Below the pieces are notes generated by a model. The model saw only the letters and a program-made list of their open reading frames with translations, did no database searches and was not told the DNA's origin. A DNA stretch of 31,429 bases from an uncultured Phycisphaerales bacterium. GTDB taxonomy: Bacteria; Planctomycetota; Phycisphaerae; Phycisphaerales; SM1A02. Each line of letters begins with the position of its first letter. Position 1 is the stretch's first letter. The position numbers were made by a program, and so were the translations under genes. The stretch is from contig CALKEP010000048.1 of NCBI GenBank assembly GCA_938084645.1, positions 1 to 31,429 of the forward strand, given 5' to 3'. Below, piece after piece: positions 17,120 through 25,460 of the stretch.

Positions 17120-18483
17120 GACGGTTGTCCACGTTCGCCGCGTCGAAGGCCGCGGATCACACCGGAGCGCGGGGATGGAAGGGCGATCCCTCCCGCCTGC
17201 AGCAGGGAATGCGGGCGGATCCACTCCACCACCTTGCGATACCGATTGAGTTCACGGAACCACCGCATCAACTCCCACCGCCATCGGACTTCGAAGGGGA
17301 CGCCTTCGAAGATCTCGCCCGCCAGCATGTTCACCACCGCCGCGTCGACGTTCATCGGACCGTGCCCGCTCACCAGCAGTTCGCGGAAGGAGTGATCGTA
17401 GAAGTTCGAGATGAGACCGAGGAATCCGGCACGAAGGCGAGTGACCCGCTTTCCGTAGGAGCTCACCGCGGACGCCGCGCTTCGCCGTCCCGCATCGACC
17501 TCGATGATGCGACGTGACGCCGCGACCCCGGTGTCGATGCCCAGCGTCACTCCGGTCGACCACACCGGATCGATGAAGGCGGCCGCGTCGCCGACCATGA
17601 ACCAACCGTCACCGGCGAAGGGTTCGCAGGTGTAGGAGAAGTCCCCGACCACGTGGTTGGTGGTGGGCCCCGTCGCATCCTTCATCCGGTCCGTGACGAG
17701 CGGACACCGCTCGATGCACCAGGCCAGGCGCTGGTTCGCCGGAACGGGGATCCGCTTCGCGTGGTCGTCGTCCACCACGACGCCGACGCTGGTCACCCGA
17801 TCGTCGATGGGGATCATCCAGAACCACGCCTCGCGGCACATCGCGAGCGTCGCGAAACCGGTGCGGTCGCCGTCCGGCCGTCGAACGCCTTCGAAGTGCT
17901 CGAAGTACGAGATGTTCCGGTAGCCGTCGAGGAGCCGCCGTGTCTTGAAGTGGCGGCCGAGCACGCAGGCCTGCCCGCTCGCGTCGACGAGCCAGTTCGC
18001 ACGCACCGGGCCCGAGGACAGTCGGAGTCGCACGTCGCCGCGGGCGATGTGGTCGATCGAGTCGACGCCGTCCTCGAATCGGAAGACCGCGCCGGCCTTC
18101 GTCGCCTCGTCCACGAGCATCTGGTCGAAGAGCGAACGTCGGACGTTGAACGTCTGCTTGATGGTGTCACCGAGCATCCGAGCGAACGGAATGGCGACCG
18201 CATCGCGGCGACCATCGCCGAAGCTGATCTCGAGTCCCTTCTTCACGACGTGCGGCAGTTCCTCGACACGGTCCATCAGGCCGAGATCGGTGAGAAGCCG
18301 GTTCGCGTGGGGAAGCATCGATTCGCCGATTCGAAAACGGGGAAACGCCTCCTTGTCGATGACGAGGACCCGCTTGCCGGCCCGCGCGAGCTCCAGCGCG
18401 GCGATGCTGCCCGCGGGTCCGGCGCCGATGACGACGACGTCCCAGTCCTCACCGATCGCGGCCGACTCCGGGGCCGCGATCAC
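17104..18483 (-). CDS. FAD-dependent oxidoreductase, flavin-dependent halogenase-like
   Basis: GAGPAG, FPRFRIGES, Lys in HVVKKG, WFWMIP (WxWxIP) and GDAAAFIDPVWSTG. Start GTG 18483 (GTGA overlap). Confidence 0.82.
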   Translation of the reverse strand: MIAAPESAAIGEDWDVVVIGAGPAGSIAALELARAGKRVLVIDKEAFPRFRIGESMLPHANRLLTDLGLMDRVEELPHVVKKGLEISFGDGRRDAVAIPFARMLGDTIKQTFNVRRSLFDQMLVDEATKAGAVFRFEDGVDSIDHIARGDVRLRLSSGPVRANWLVDASGQACVLGRHFKTRRLLDGYRNISYFEHFEGVRRPDGDRTGFATLAMCREAWFWMIPIDDRVTSVGVVVDDDHAKRIPVPANQRLAWCIERCPLVTDRMKDATGPTTNHVVGDFSYTCEPFAGDGWFMVGDAAAFIDPVWSTGVTLGIDTGVAASRRIIEVDAGRRSAASAVSSYGKRVTRLRAGFLGLISNFYDHSFRELLVSGHGPMNVDAAVVNMLAGEIFEGVPFEVRWRWELMRWFRELNRYRKVVEWIRPHSLLQAGGIALPSPRSGVIRGLRRGERGQPSWQPS

Positions 18484-19427
18484 GACGTCGGCTCCGGCCC
18501 GATGCCCGCACACTCGATCTCGACGAGAAGTTCGGGGCGACACAGCCGCTGGGCGCGGAACTCGAGGTTCAATCGATGATCCGGCCAACGTCTTTCGATC
18601 GCGCTTCGTACGCGGCTCTCCGCCGACGGATCGGGAAGATAGACCAGCCAGTCACCGAGATCCGCGGGAACCAGATTCGGATCGCAGGAGGCGACCACCG
18701 TCTCGAGGTTGTCGAGCGTCTCCTCCACCTGGCGGTCGAAGCAGTTCGAATGGAGTGAATCCTCGCCGACCACGCTGGCGGTTCCACTCACCACGATCGC
18801 CGCGTTCTCGACGCCGGTCACCTTCGCGGCCCGGACGAACGCGGGGGGCAGATCGCCGAATCGACGGGAGTAGTCGGCGGGCAGGACCTGCCGCGGATTG
18901 TCGACCGGACTTGGTTCCCCCGCGCCGTGCAGCAGATGCAGCACCAGGTCCTCGCCGGCGTGGCCGACCCCGGAGGCGACCGGGAACCACTCCGGTCGTC
19001 CGTGCACCTCGCGAAACGCCCGGAATCGTCCGGCGTTGAAGACCATGTATCGATCGCTCCGACCACCCCTGGCGTCGTCGGCGAATCCGGCGTCGTCGTT
19101 GATCCGCGGGATGAAGTTCCACGCCCGCAGCAGATGGGCGTGCGGAATCCCCGAGAGCAGGGTGCAGTACGCCTCGAGCGTCCCCGCCTCGAAGGCCTCT
19201 CCGGTCATGGCGGAAGCGCCGTCGAGCACCACGGTTCGAAGATGCCGGTCGCCGTTGGTCCGTTCGATCGCGGCGATGCCGTCCCCGACCGACCAGCGGC
19301 GGTGCGGCTCGGCCAGGCCGACCGAATCACGGATCCACGCCGGCAGATCATCGGGACCGCCGGTGGCGACCCAGTCGGCGATCTCGCAGCCGGATCTCCT
19401 CTCGATTGCGCTCACACTCGAAGTCAT
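18480..19427 (-). CDS. FkbO/Hyg5/XanB2-family chorismatase
   Basis: LLRAWNFIPRIN, DRYMVFNAGR, NPRQ, VSGTASVVG, QVEETLDN and LCRPELLVEIE. Start ATG 19427 (ATGA overlap). Confidence 0.88.
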   Translation of the reverse strand: MTSSVSAIERRSGCEIADWVATGGPDDLPAWIRDSVGLAEPHRRWSVGDGIAAIERTNGDRHLRTVVLDGASAMTGEAFEAGTLEAYCTLLSGIPHAHLLRAWNFIPRINDDAGFADDARGGRSDRYMVFNAGRFRAFREVHGRPEWFPVASGVGHAGEDLVLHLLHGAGEPSPVDNPRQVLPADYSRRFGDLPPAFVRAAKVTGVENAAIVVSGTASVVGEDSLHSNCFDRQVEETLDNLETVVASCDPNLVPADLGDWLVYLPDPSAESRVRSAIERRWPDHRLNLEFRAQRLCRPELLVEIECAGIGPEPTS

Positions 19428-21673
19428 CCGGAGGATGATACCGGAGCGATCCGCACGAATGCGGCACCACCCGCCGGATCGGGCCAGACGATCAGACGGC
19501 CGTCCGATGCCTGAATCGCGTCCGCGATCGCTCGAAACGCGCCCACCGACTCCCGTTCCACGCGGTCCGTGGCATGTTCGATCTTGCACTCGCCCATCCC
19601 GCCGGGGGTCGGTCGAAGCCGCCGTGCGATCGCGACTCGACGACCGGCCCGCGTTTCGCGTGCAGGACCGAGGATCACGTCGCGCCTGGATCTGACGAAT
19701 CCACCCTGAATCGTCCGTAGGGAATCCCGGACGCCTTCGCCCTTCGGCCACTCCAATCCGCTCTCCTCGACGACTGCGAGCATCGTTGCGTCCCGCTCGA
19801 TCGCCGCCGATTCCCGCTCCAGCACGAAGGCGATCGCTCCTTCCGCGGACGGCAGATCACCGATCTCCCCGAGATGCCGCAACACTTCCCGGACCCGGGG
19901 GTGCGTCTCTTCGGCGGCGACCACGATCGCTCGATCCGCCTGGCCCGTCGCGAGATGTCGTCTCGCGTGGTGCATCGCCTCCAGCCCCGCGATCGCGGTT
20001 CCACCGACCGAGAGGGTGAGCCCCTGGATGCCGAGCCCCAGGCTGAGCTGGGCGCTGCCGATGTTGGGAACGCTCTCCGCGAAGTGGAGCGGATTTCCCG
20101 CGCCCAGCCCATCGCGAACGAGCTCCTCGTAGAAGTCGAGCGTGTAGTCGGACGCACCGAAGCGGGTCCCGACGAACCCGGAGGCGGTTCGCACCGCCTC
20201 GTCGTCGAGTCCGGCATCCCGGATCGCAAGCACGCCGGCGGCTCGCACCAGTTTCGAGAACCGTGCCAGACGACGCACCGCACGAGCATCGTCGAGCCCG
20301 TCGAACGACGCCTCGTCGAGACCGATCTCGCCGGGTCGGATCTGCGGATCGTCCGCCCCGGGAACGAGCGAGCCGACCCCGGTGATCACGATTCGCGACG
20401 CCGATGCCTCGCAGGTCACGGGTGGCCGGGGCGGAACCCGCTCGATCGCGGTCCCGGATTCCACGAGGATCGCCGCGTCGGCGCCGCCGAAACCCAGGGA
20501 GACGACCGCCGCTCGATCGATCTTCAGATCGCGCCGTGGCGTCGGTGCCACGAGATCCAGGGTCGGGAACGACGCCCGGTCGACGACCGCGTTGGCCGCG
20601 GCAGGGACCGCACGATGCTCCATCGCCGCGAGCACCACGGACAACTCCACCGCGCCGGCCGCCCCGAGGGTGTGACCGATCCGACTCTTCAACGCGGTCA
20701 CCGGAACCTCCGCGAGGCGATCGCCGAAACAGTCCGCGAGCGCCGCATGTTCCGCGAGGTCGTTCGCCGGCGTGGAGGTGGCGTGGGCCGCGACCAGGTC
20801 GGGGAGATTCCCGGTTCCATCGAGTGACGCCGTCGCGGCACGCAAGGCATCCGCGGCGCCCCGCCCCGTCGGCACCGGCTGCGTGAGGTGATGCGCATCG
20901 CTTCCACCCCCCCAGCCGAGGATCCGGGCGAGCACCGTCGCGCCCCGCGCCGCCGCGGCGGATTCCCGTTCGACGACGAACACGCCGTAGCCCTCGCCGA
21001 GCCGCATGCCGGTCCGTTCCGCGGTGAAGGGGCGCAATGGCCCTTCGCTGACCAGGCGGAGACAGTTGAATCCCGCGTAGGCGAACTCGCTGATCGGGTC
21101 GTACGCGATCGCGATGACGACGTCGGCCTCGCCCGCGAGAATCGTGGTCCCCGCCATCGCGAGCGCACTCACGCCCGACGCGCAGGCCGCGGACACCGTC
21201 GATCCACCGAGATCGAGTCCGGTCCCTTCGAGGGCATGGCGGGTCACGGTCGAGGTCGTGCTGCGGGCCATGACGTCGAGCCGGCCGTTGCGGATGCCGG
21301 CGCCGAGATGCCGCATGCCGCCGAGCGTCGTCCCGAAGATCGTCTCGAATCGCGACCCCGCGGCACGCATCGCGTCGATCGTCGACGGATCGAGTCCCGC
21401 CTCGTCGAGTCCGCGACGAATCGAACGGGCGAGCATCCGCTCGGCCCGGTCTGGAACGCTTCCCACCTCGGGCGCCGATTCCGGCACCTGGGCGGCGCGG
21501 ACCTCGGGGACCGGCGTTCCGTCCTCTTCGGGCTGGAAGACACCTTCGATGCCCGGCGCCGCGTCGATCTCCACGCGGCCTTCAAGCATCGACTCGAGGA
21601 TCGCATGACGATCCTCGCCGAGTGAACAGCTCGCGGAGGCCGCGGTCAGGACCAGCGTGTCGGATTCGATCAC
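19424..21673 (-). CDS. Fused beta-ketoacyl synthase - chain-length-factor-like didomain protein (KS-CLF)
   Basis: N-domain has SAACASG (about C164), DAHHLTQP, AHATST (about H297), KSRIGHTLGAAG (about H334) and SLGFGG. Second domain starts at about aa 427 with RIVITGVG, has NPLHFAESVPN and AEGAIAFVLE, and lacks the catalytic Cys. Confidence 0.9.
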   Translation of the reverse strand: MIESDTLVLTAASASCSLGEDRHAILESMLEGRVEIDAAPGIEGVFQPEEDGTPVPEVRAAQVPESAPEVGSVPDRAERMLARSIRRGLDEAGLDPSTIDAMRAAGSRFETIFGTTLGGMRHLGAGIRNGRLDVMARSTTSTVTRHALEGTGLDLGGSTVSAACASGVSALAMAGTTILAGEADVVIAIAYDPISEFAYAGFNCLRLVSEGPLRPFTAERTGMRLGEGYGVFVVERESAAAARGATVLARILGWGGGSDAHHLTQPVPTGRGAADALRAATASLDGTGNLPDLVAAHATSTPANDLAEHAALADCFGDRLAEVPVTALKSRIGHTLGAAGAVELSVVLAAMEHRAVPAAANAVVDRASFPTLDLVAPTPRRDLKIDRAAVVSLGFGGADAAILVESGTAIERVPPRPPVTCEASASRIVITGVGSLVPGADDPQIRPGEIGLDEASFDGLDDARAVRRLARFSKLVRAAGVLAIRDAGLDDEAVRTASGFVGTRFGASDYTLDFYEELVRDGLGAGNPLHFAESVPNIGSAQLSLGLGIQGLTLSVGGTAIAGLEAMHHARRHLATGQADRAIVVAAEETHPRVREVLRHLGEIGDLPSAEGAIAFVLERESAAIERDATMLAVVEESGLEWPKGEGVRDSLRTIQGGFVRSRRDVILGPARETRAGRRVAIARRLRPTPGGMGECKIEHATDRVERESVGAFRAIADAIQASDGRLIVWPDPAGGAAFVRIAPVSSSG

Positions 21674-22164
21674 GACGCCGCTTCTCCACCCGCCGGCGTC
21701 AGGCTGACGCCCACCGAACCCGAGGCGACCGGAACGCCTTCCACCGTCGCCTCGAAGTCGAAGCGATGGATCGATCCGAATCGACCGATCGCGTCGACCA
21801 CGAGTTCGATGCTCGCGGGCGGTTCCACGGGGCGGCGGAACCGTGCTTCGCTGAGCACGAGCATCCCGCTCGAGCCCTCGGACTGTTTCTCGTTCTCGTT
21901 CTCGTTCTGGTTCTCGGCCTCGGTCATGGCGTGGTGCGCCGCGGCCCCCGCGAGTTGTGCGGCGGCCTCGGTGATCAGGACGCCCGGGACCAGGGGCCTT
22001 CCCGGGAAGTGCCCCCGCAGGAAGTCCTCGTCACCCTTCACGATCCACGCACCACGGGCCCGCTCCGGGGAGAGTTCGTCGATGCGGTCGAGGAATCGAA
22101 AGGGCTCCGCGTGCGGCAGGTTCGCCAATGCCGCATCGTGTTTCGCGTCGCTCGTCTCGGTCAC
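21670..22164 (-). CDS. 3-hydroxyacyl-ACP dehydratase (FabZ-like hotdog fold)
   Basis: LPHAEPFRFLD and GHFPGRPLVPGVLITEAAAQ (catalytic His/Glu); GTGA overlaps at both ends. Confidence 0.9.
   Translation of the reverse strand: MTETSDAKHDAALANLPHAEPFRFLDRIDELSPERARGAWIVKGDEDFLRGHFPGRPLVPGVLITEAAAQLAGAAAHHAMTEAENQNENENEKQSEGSSGMLVLSEARFRRPVEPPASIELVVDAIGRFGSIHRFDFEATVEGVPVASGSVGVSLTPAGGEAAS
21887..21916. repeat. Hexanucleotide tandem repeat (TTCTCG x5, one imperfect) inside dehydratase gene
   Basis: ttctcg ttctcg ttctcg ttctgg ttctcg, encoding ENQNENENE on the minus strand. Confidence 0.8.
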
Positions 22165-22424
22165 GCGTCGGCCCGAAGGGATTCGACGAATCGAACGAAG
22201 GCCCCGATCGTGCCCATCGTCTCGCGACCGAGCTGGTCGTTGGGGATCTTGATTCCCAGCCGCTTCTCGGTTCCGGTGACCACCATCAGCAGATCGAGGG
22301 AGTCGAGTCCGAGCTCATCGCCCACCAGCGGCGTCTCGGGACCGAGCTCGACCATGCCGAGCTTGAGGTCGGTTCGAAGGACGTCGTAGATGGTCTCGTG
22401 AAGATCGGTCGTGTCGTTGCTCAT
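22161..22424 (-). CDS. Acyl carrier protein
   Basis: 87 aa, acidic, LGLDSLDLL phosphopantetheine motif. Strong SD AGGAGAGGTGA. Confidence 0.93.
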   Translation of the reverse strand: MSNDTTDLHETIYDVLRTDLKLGMVELGPETPLVGDELGLDSLDLLMVVTGTEKRLGIKIPNDQLGRETMGTIGAFVRFVESLRADA

Positions 22425-22440
22425 TCACCTCTCCTGCCGT

Positions 22441-22457
22441 CCCGGGCGTCGCCCGGG
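22441..22457. other. Intergenic hairpin (CCCGGGC-gtc-GCCCGGG) upstream of ACP
   Basis: 7-bp perfect inverted repeat in the only gap of the operon. Confidence 0.35.
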
Positions 22458-22471
22458 CGCTCGATCCGGAA

Positions 22472-23743
22472 TCATTCCCAGCGGGTCATCGCGACCCGGG
22501 CGCCCGCGAGGAAGACCAGGGTGGTCACCGCGATCAGAACCAGGGCCGGCCCGATTCTTCCGAGCATCGCGACGAGCGTGTCATCGGGCGTGGTGTACCA
22601 GAGTACCTGCTGCATCGCGTCGATGGCCCTCGCATTGAAGGCCCACTCACCCGCCGCCTTCAGGGACGGGGGCATCAGAAACCGAGGGATCATGCTCCCA
22701 CCGACCGCACTGAGAATCAAGACGGTGATGGTCCCGATGGTGGTCTGCTGTCGACGGGTCCGGGCGATGCAGGTGATCAGGAGGCCGAGACCCGCCGATG
22801 CGGCGGCGACCGCGGGAATGACCACCAGGAGGGCGACGAACTGACGCACCGAGAAGAACCGGACCCCGAAGGTCGCCGCGGCCCACGCGAGCATCACCGC
22901 GATCTGGAGCGAGCCCACGAGAATCGCGAAGATGAACCGGTTCAACAGGACCGTCCACGACCCGATGCCCGAAGTCCGCATTCGATCCAACACGCCCCGC
23001 TCCTGATCCTCGAGCAACCAGCCCGTCGTCGAGAGCGCACTGAACAGCATGAACATCACCCCGATCGCCGCGGTGTAGTAGGTGACCAGCGACGGCCCGC
23101 CCTGACCGATGGTGACGGGCCCGCCGTCGATCGGCACCTGCGTGGCCATCGCGAGCTGCTCCACCATCGGCGGCGGCTTCCCTTCGGAATCCCCCGCCTG
23201 CTGAAGGGTCTCCGCGAGCTTCCGCTGCGCCGGCGTGAGGGTGCCGGCGACCATCTCGAGGACGCGGATCTCCCGACCGAGCATCTGGGGCGCGAGCCCC
23301 TTCCAGGTCGCCGCGGCCAGCACCCCCCGGGCGAAGTCCGGCGCGATCGGATTCGCGGGGTCGTATCGCACCACGAGTGGCGGAATCTTCGCCTGGAAGT
23401 CACCGACCGCCGCGCCGAATCCGCGTGGGATCACCACGGCCGCCGGAAAGTCACCGCTCGCCACCCTTCGATCGGCCGCCGCGACATCGTCGCCGGTGAT
23501 CAGGACGAGATCGATCCGTTCGCTCGACTCGCGAACCGCCGTTCCCAGCGCCATCGCGGCCGGACTCCCGTCGAGATCGAGCATCGCGATTCGGACCTTG
23601 TTCTCACCGTTGCGTCCGAAGCCCTGGAACACGCTCGCGAAGATCGACAGGAAGATCACCGGGACCAGCGCGTAGAGCAGCACGCCGAGGCGATCCCGGT
23701 ACAGGGTGATCCAGGCGATTCGAAGGAGGGCGAGGCGTCTCAA
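22472..23743 (-). CDS. ABC-2 type exporter permease
   Basis: TTG 23743 overlaps the upstream stop (TTGA). N-terminal TM, large extracytoplasmic loop, then EDQERGVLDRM, several TMs and GGSMIPRFLMP. Confidence 0.88.
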   Translation of the reverse strand: MRRLALLRIAWITLYRDRLGVLLYALVPVIFLSIFASVFQGFGRNGENKVRIAMLDLDGSPAAMALGTAVRESSERIDLVLITGDDVAAADRRVASGDFPAAVVIPRGFGAAVGDFQAKIPPLVVRYDPANPIAPDFARGVLAAATWKGLAPQMLGREIRVLEMVAGTLTPAQRKLAETLQQAGDSEGKPPPMVEQLAMATQVPIDGGPVTIGQGGPSLVTYYTAAIGVMFMLFSALSTTGWLLEDQERGVLDRMRTSGIGSWTVLLNRFIFAILVGSLQIAVMLAWAAATFGVRFFSVRQFVALLVVIPAVAAASAGLGLLITCIARTRRQQTTIGTITVLILSAVGGSMIPRFLMPPSLKAAGEWAFNARAIDAMQQVLWYTTPDDTLVAMLGRIGPALVLIAVTTLVFLAGARVAMTRWE

Positions 23744-24678
23744 GCGGCGGTCCGATCGTCGGTGGTGTCTCCGGTCGGTCCGGACGCGTCCCAGACCGGG
23801 TGGACGTTGAGCCATTGTGACGGCGTCGCGGCGATCCGGGCCTCGATGAGTTCGACCCACCGCTGCATCGCGGGGTTGCTCGCAGGATCGCGGCGAAGAT
23901 CACCCTCGACCTCGATCGGATCCTCCATCCGGAGGGCGAGCCGGCCGTTCGGTCGCCACCAGTTGAAGACCGGGACGATGCGGCTGTCCGTGACCTGGGC
24001 CAGTTTGAAGGGCCCCACCGGAATCTCCATCATGCGGCCGAACATCGGCATGAAGACGCCGGTCTGTCCCGGCTGGACCCGATCACCGAGCAGGGCGACG
24101 ACCTCTCCGCCATCCAGCATGTCCCGAAGCGCGAGCCACGCGTTGACCCCGTCGTCGACCGCGTGCTCGACGACTCCCAGTCGACGACGGGCCTCGGCCC
24201 GGATGCGTTCGAGCGTCTTGATCCGGTCACGGCGGTACAGCACGTGCACCGGTGCGTGACGCCCCATGTACGCGGCCGCGGGTTCGAACTCCCCCATGTG
24301 GATCGAAAGGAGAATGAGGCCGCGCTCGCCGCGTCGATCGAAGATCTTCCGGAAGGCGGGCAGCCCCTCGACGATCTCGATCCGCTCGAGAAGCGTGTCG
24401 CGGGGAACGCGGGACGCGAGCACCAGGCCTTCCATGTACCGCTGCATGTGCTCGAGCACGCCGATCCCGTACTGGTCGATGTCGGCGTCGGACGCATCGT
24501 CGCCGAGGATGATCCGACCGTTGGTCCGAAGCGACGTGCGCCAGGCCTCGGCCCGCCGCCACGTCTCCCGGACCATGCGGGGCCGGATGCGATGCATGAA
24601 GGACGGCGCGTGGGCGTATCCACGCAACAACGAAGACACCGCGACACGCTCGGTCAGGCTGATGCGTCGGGACTTCAT
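23740..24678 (-). CDS. Lipid acyltransferase, LpxL/HtrB (lysophospholipid acyltransferase) family
   Basis: ILLSIHMGEFE (Hx4E), LLGDR, GPFKLA and PSQWLNVHPVW. ATG 24678 (ATGA overlap). Confidence 0.85.
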   Translation of the reverse strand: MKSRRISLTERVAVSSLLRGYAHAPSFMHRIRPRMVRETWRRAEAWRTSLRTNGRIILGDDASDADIDQYGIGVLEHMQRYMEGLVLASRVPRDTLLERIEIVEGLPAFRKIFDRRGERGLILLSIHMGEFEPAAAYMGRHAPVHVLYRRDRIKTLERIRAEARRRLGVVEHAVDDGVNAWLALRDMLDGGEVVALLGDRVQPGQTGVFMPMFGRMMEIPVGPFKLAQVTDSRIVPVFNWWRPNGRLALRMEDPIEVEGDLRRDPASNPAMQRWVELIEARIAATPSQWLNVHPVWDASGPTGDTTDDRTAA

Positions 24679-25460
24679 CCGACTCGCTCCGTCACCAGCG
24701 GGGTCGATTCGGCATTCGCGACGGCGGCGATCGGACCGTCCGCCTCGTCCCGGGATTCGTCGGTGGACAGGCCCTCGATGGCGACGATGAGCCGCTTGGT
24801 GAACGCGGCCGCGGTCTCGTCCGACTCCGCGTGAAGCGGTTCGCCCGCCACCATCCGCAACGGCGCGGACCGCGGCCACGACACGCCCGGCGGCAGAATC
24901 CGCTCCGTTCCTTCGATCCGCACCGGGACCACCGGCAGATCGTTGCGGCGTGCGAGTTCGGCGGCCCCGTGCCGGAATCGACCGATCCGCCCATCGCGGC
25001 TCCGCGTCGCCTCCGGGAAGATCACGAGGCTCCAGCCCTCCGCGATCATCGCATCGATCCGGTCGAGTTCGGAATACTCCCCGCCGACCCGGTCGATGAG
25101 CATCACGTTCATCGAACTCCTGATGAACCAGATCACGCCGCGACGGAAGATGCGCTCGTGCCAGGGGTGCTCGGGACGGGCCTCGAAATAGTCGAGTCCC
25201 CCGACCGTCGCGGTCCGATCACGCCGCCGCCTCGGCACGGACATGAAGAGCAAGGGCGTGTCGATCAGGCTGTGGTGGTTCGCCACCATGATGGACTGCG
25301 GCAGCCGGGCCGCCCGTTCGAATCCGAACCGGCGAATCGACACCCGGCACACCAGGCGTCCGGAAAGGTGCAGGAACCCGAGCAGTGCGCGGGCCACCAG
25401 ACGCGAGGGACGCGACATCGGAATCCGGAACGCGGAGGTGTCGGGCCTCGTCGACGTCAT
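24675..25460 (-). CDS. PlsC-family acyltransferase (1-acyl-sn-glycerol-3-phosphate acyltransferase-like)
   Basis: ANHHSLID (NHxSxxD), IFPEATRS and LPVVPV. Confidence 0.9.
   Translation of the reverse strand: MTSTRPDTSAFRIPMSRPSRLVARALLGFLHLSGRLVCRVSIRRFGFERAARLPQSIMVANHHSLIDTPLLFMSVPRRRRDRTATVGGLDYFEARPEHPWHERIFRRGVIWFIRSSMNVMLIDRVGGEYSELDRIDAMIAEGWSLVIFPEATRSRDGRIGRFRHGAAELARRNDLPVVPVRIEGTERILPPGVSWPRSAPLRMVAGEPLHAESDETAAAFTKRLIVAIEGLSTDESRDEADGPIAAVANAESTPLVTERVG

Noticed and set aside
6024..17395. Other long ORFs (6024-8231 -, 11146-12810 +, 12111-14549 +, 15743-17395 +)
   Set aside because: They lie antisense to well-supported genes and have no recognisable motifs.
19424..22424. Primary fatty-acid synthesis locus (acpP/fabZ/fabF) or a ladderane cluster
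   Set aside because: The KS is fused to a CLF-like domain, the ACP is divergent, and the genes are coupled to a chorismatase and halogenase-like enzyme. No fabD/fabG/fabH or radical-SAM genes are present.
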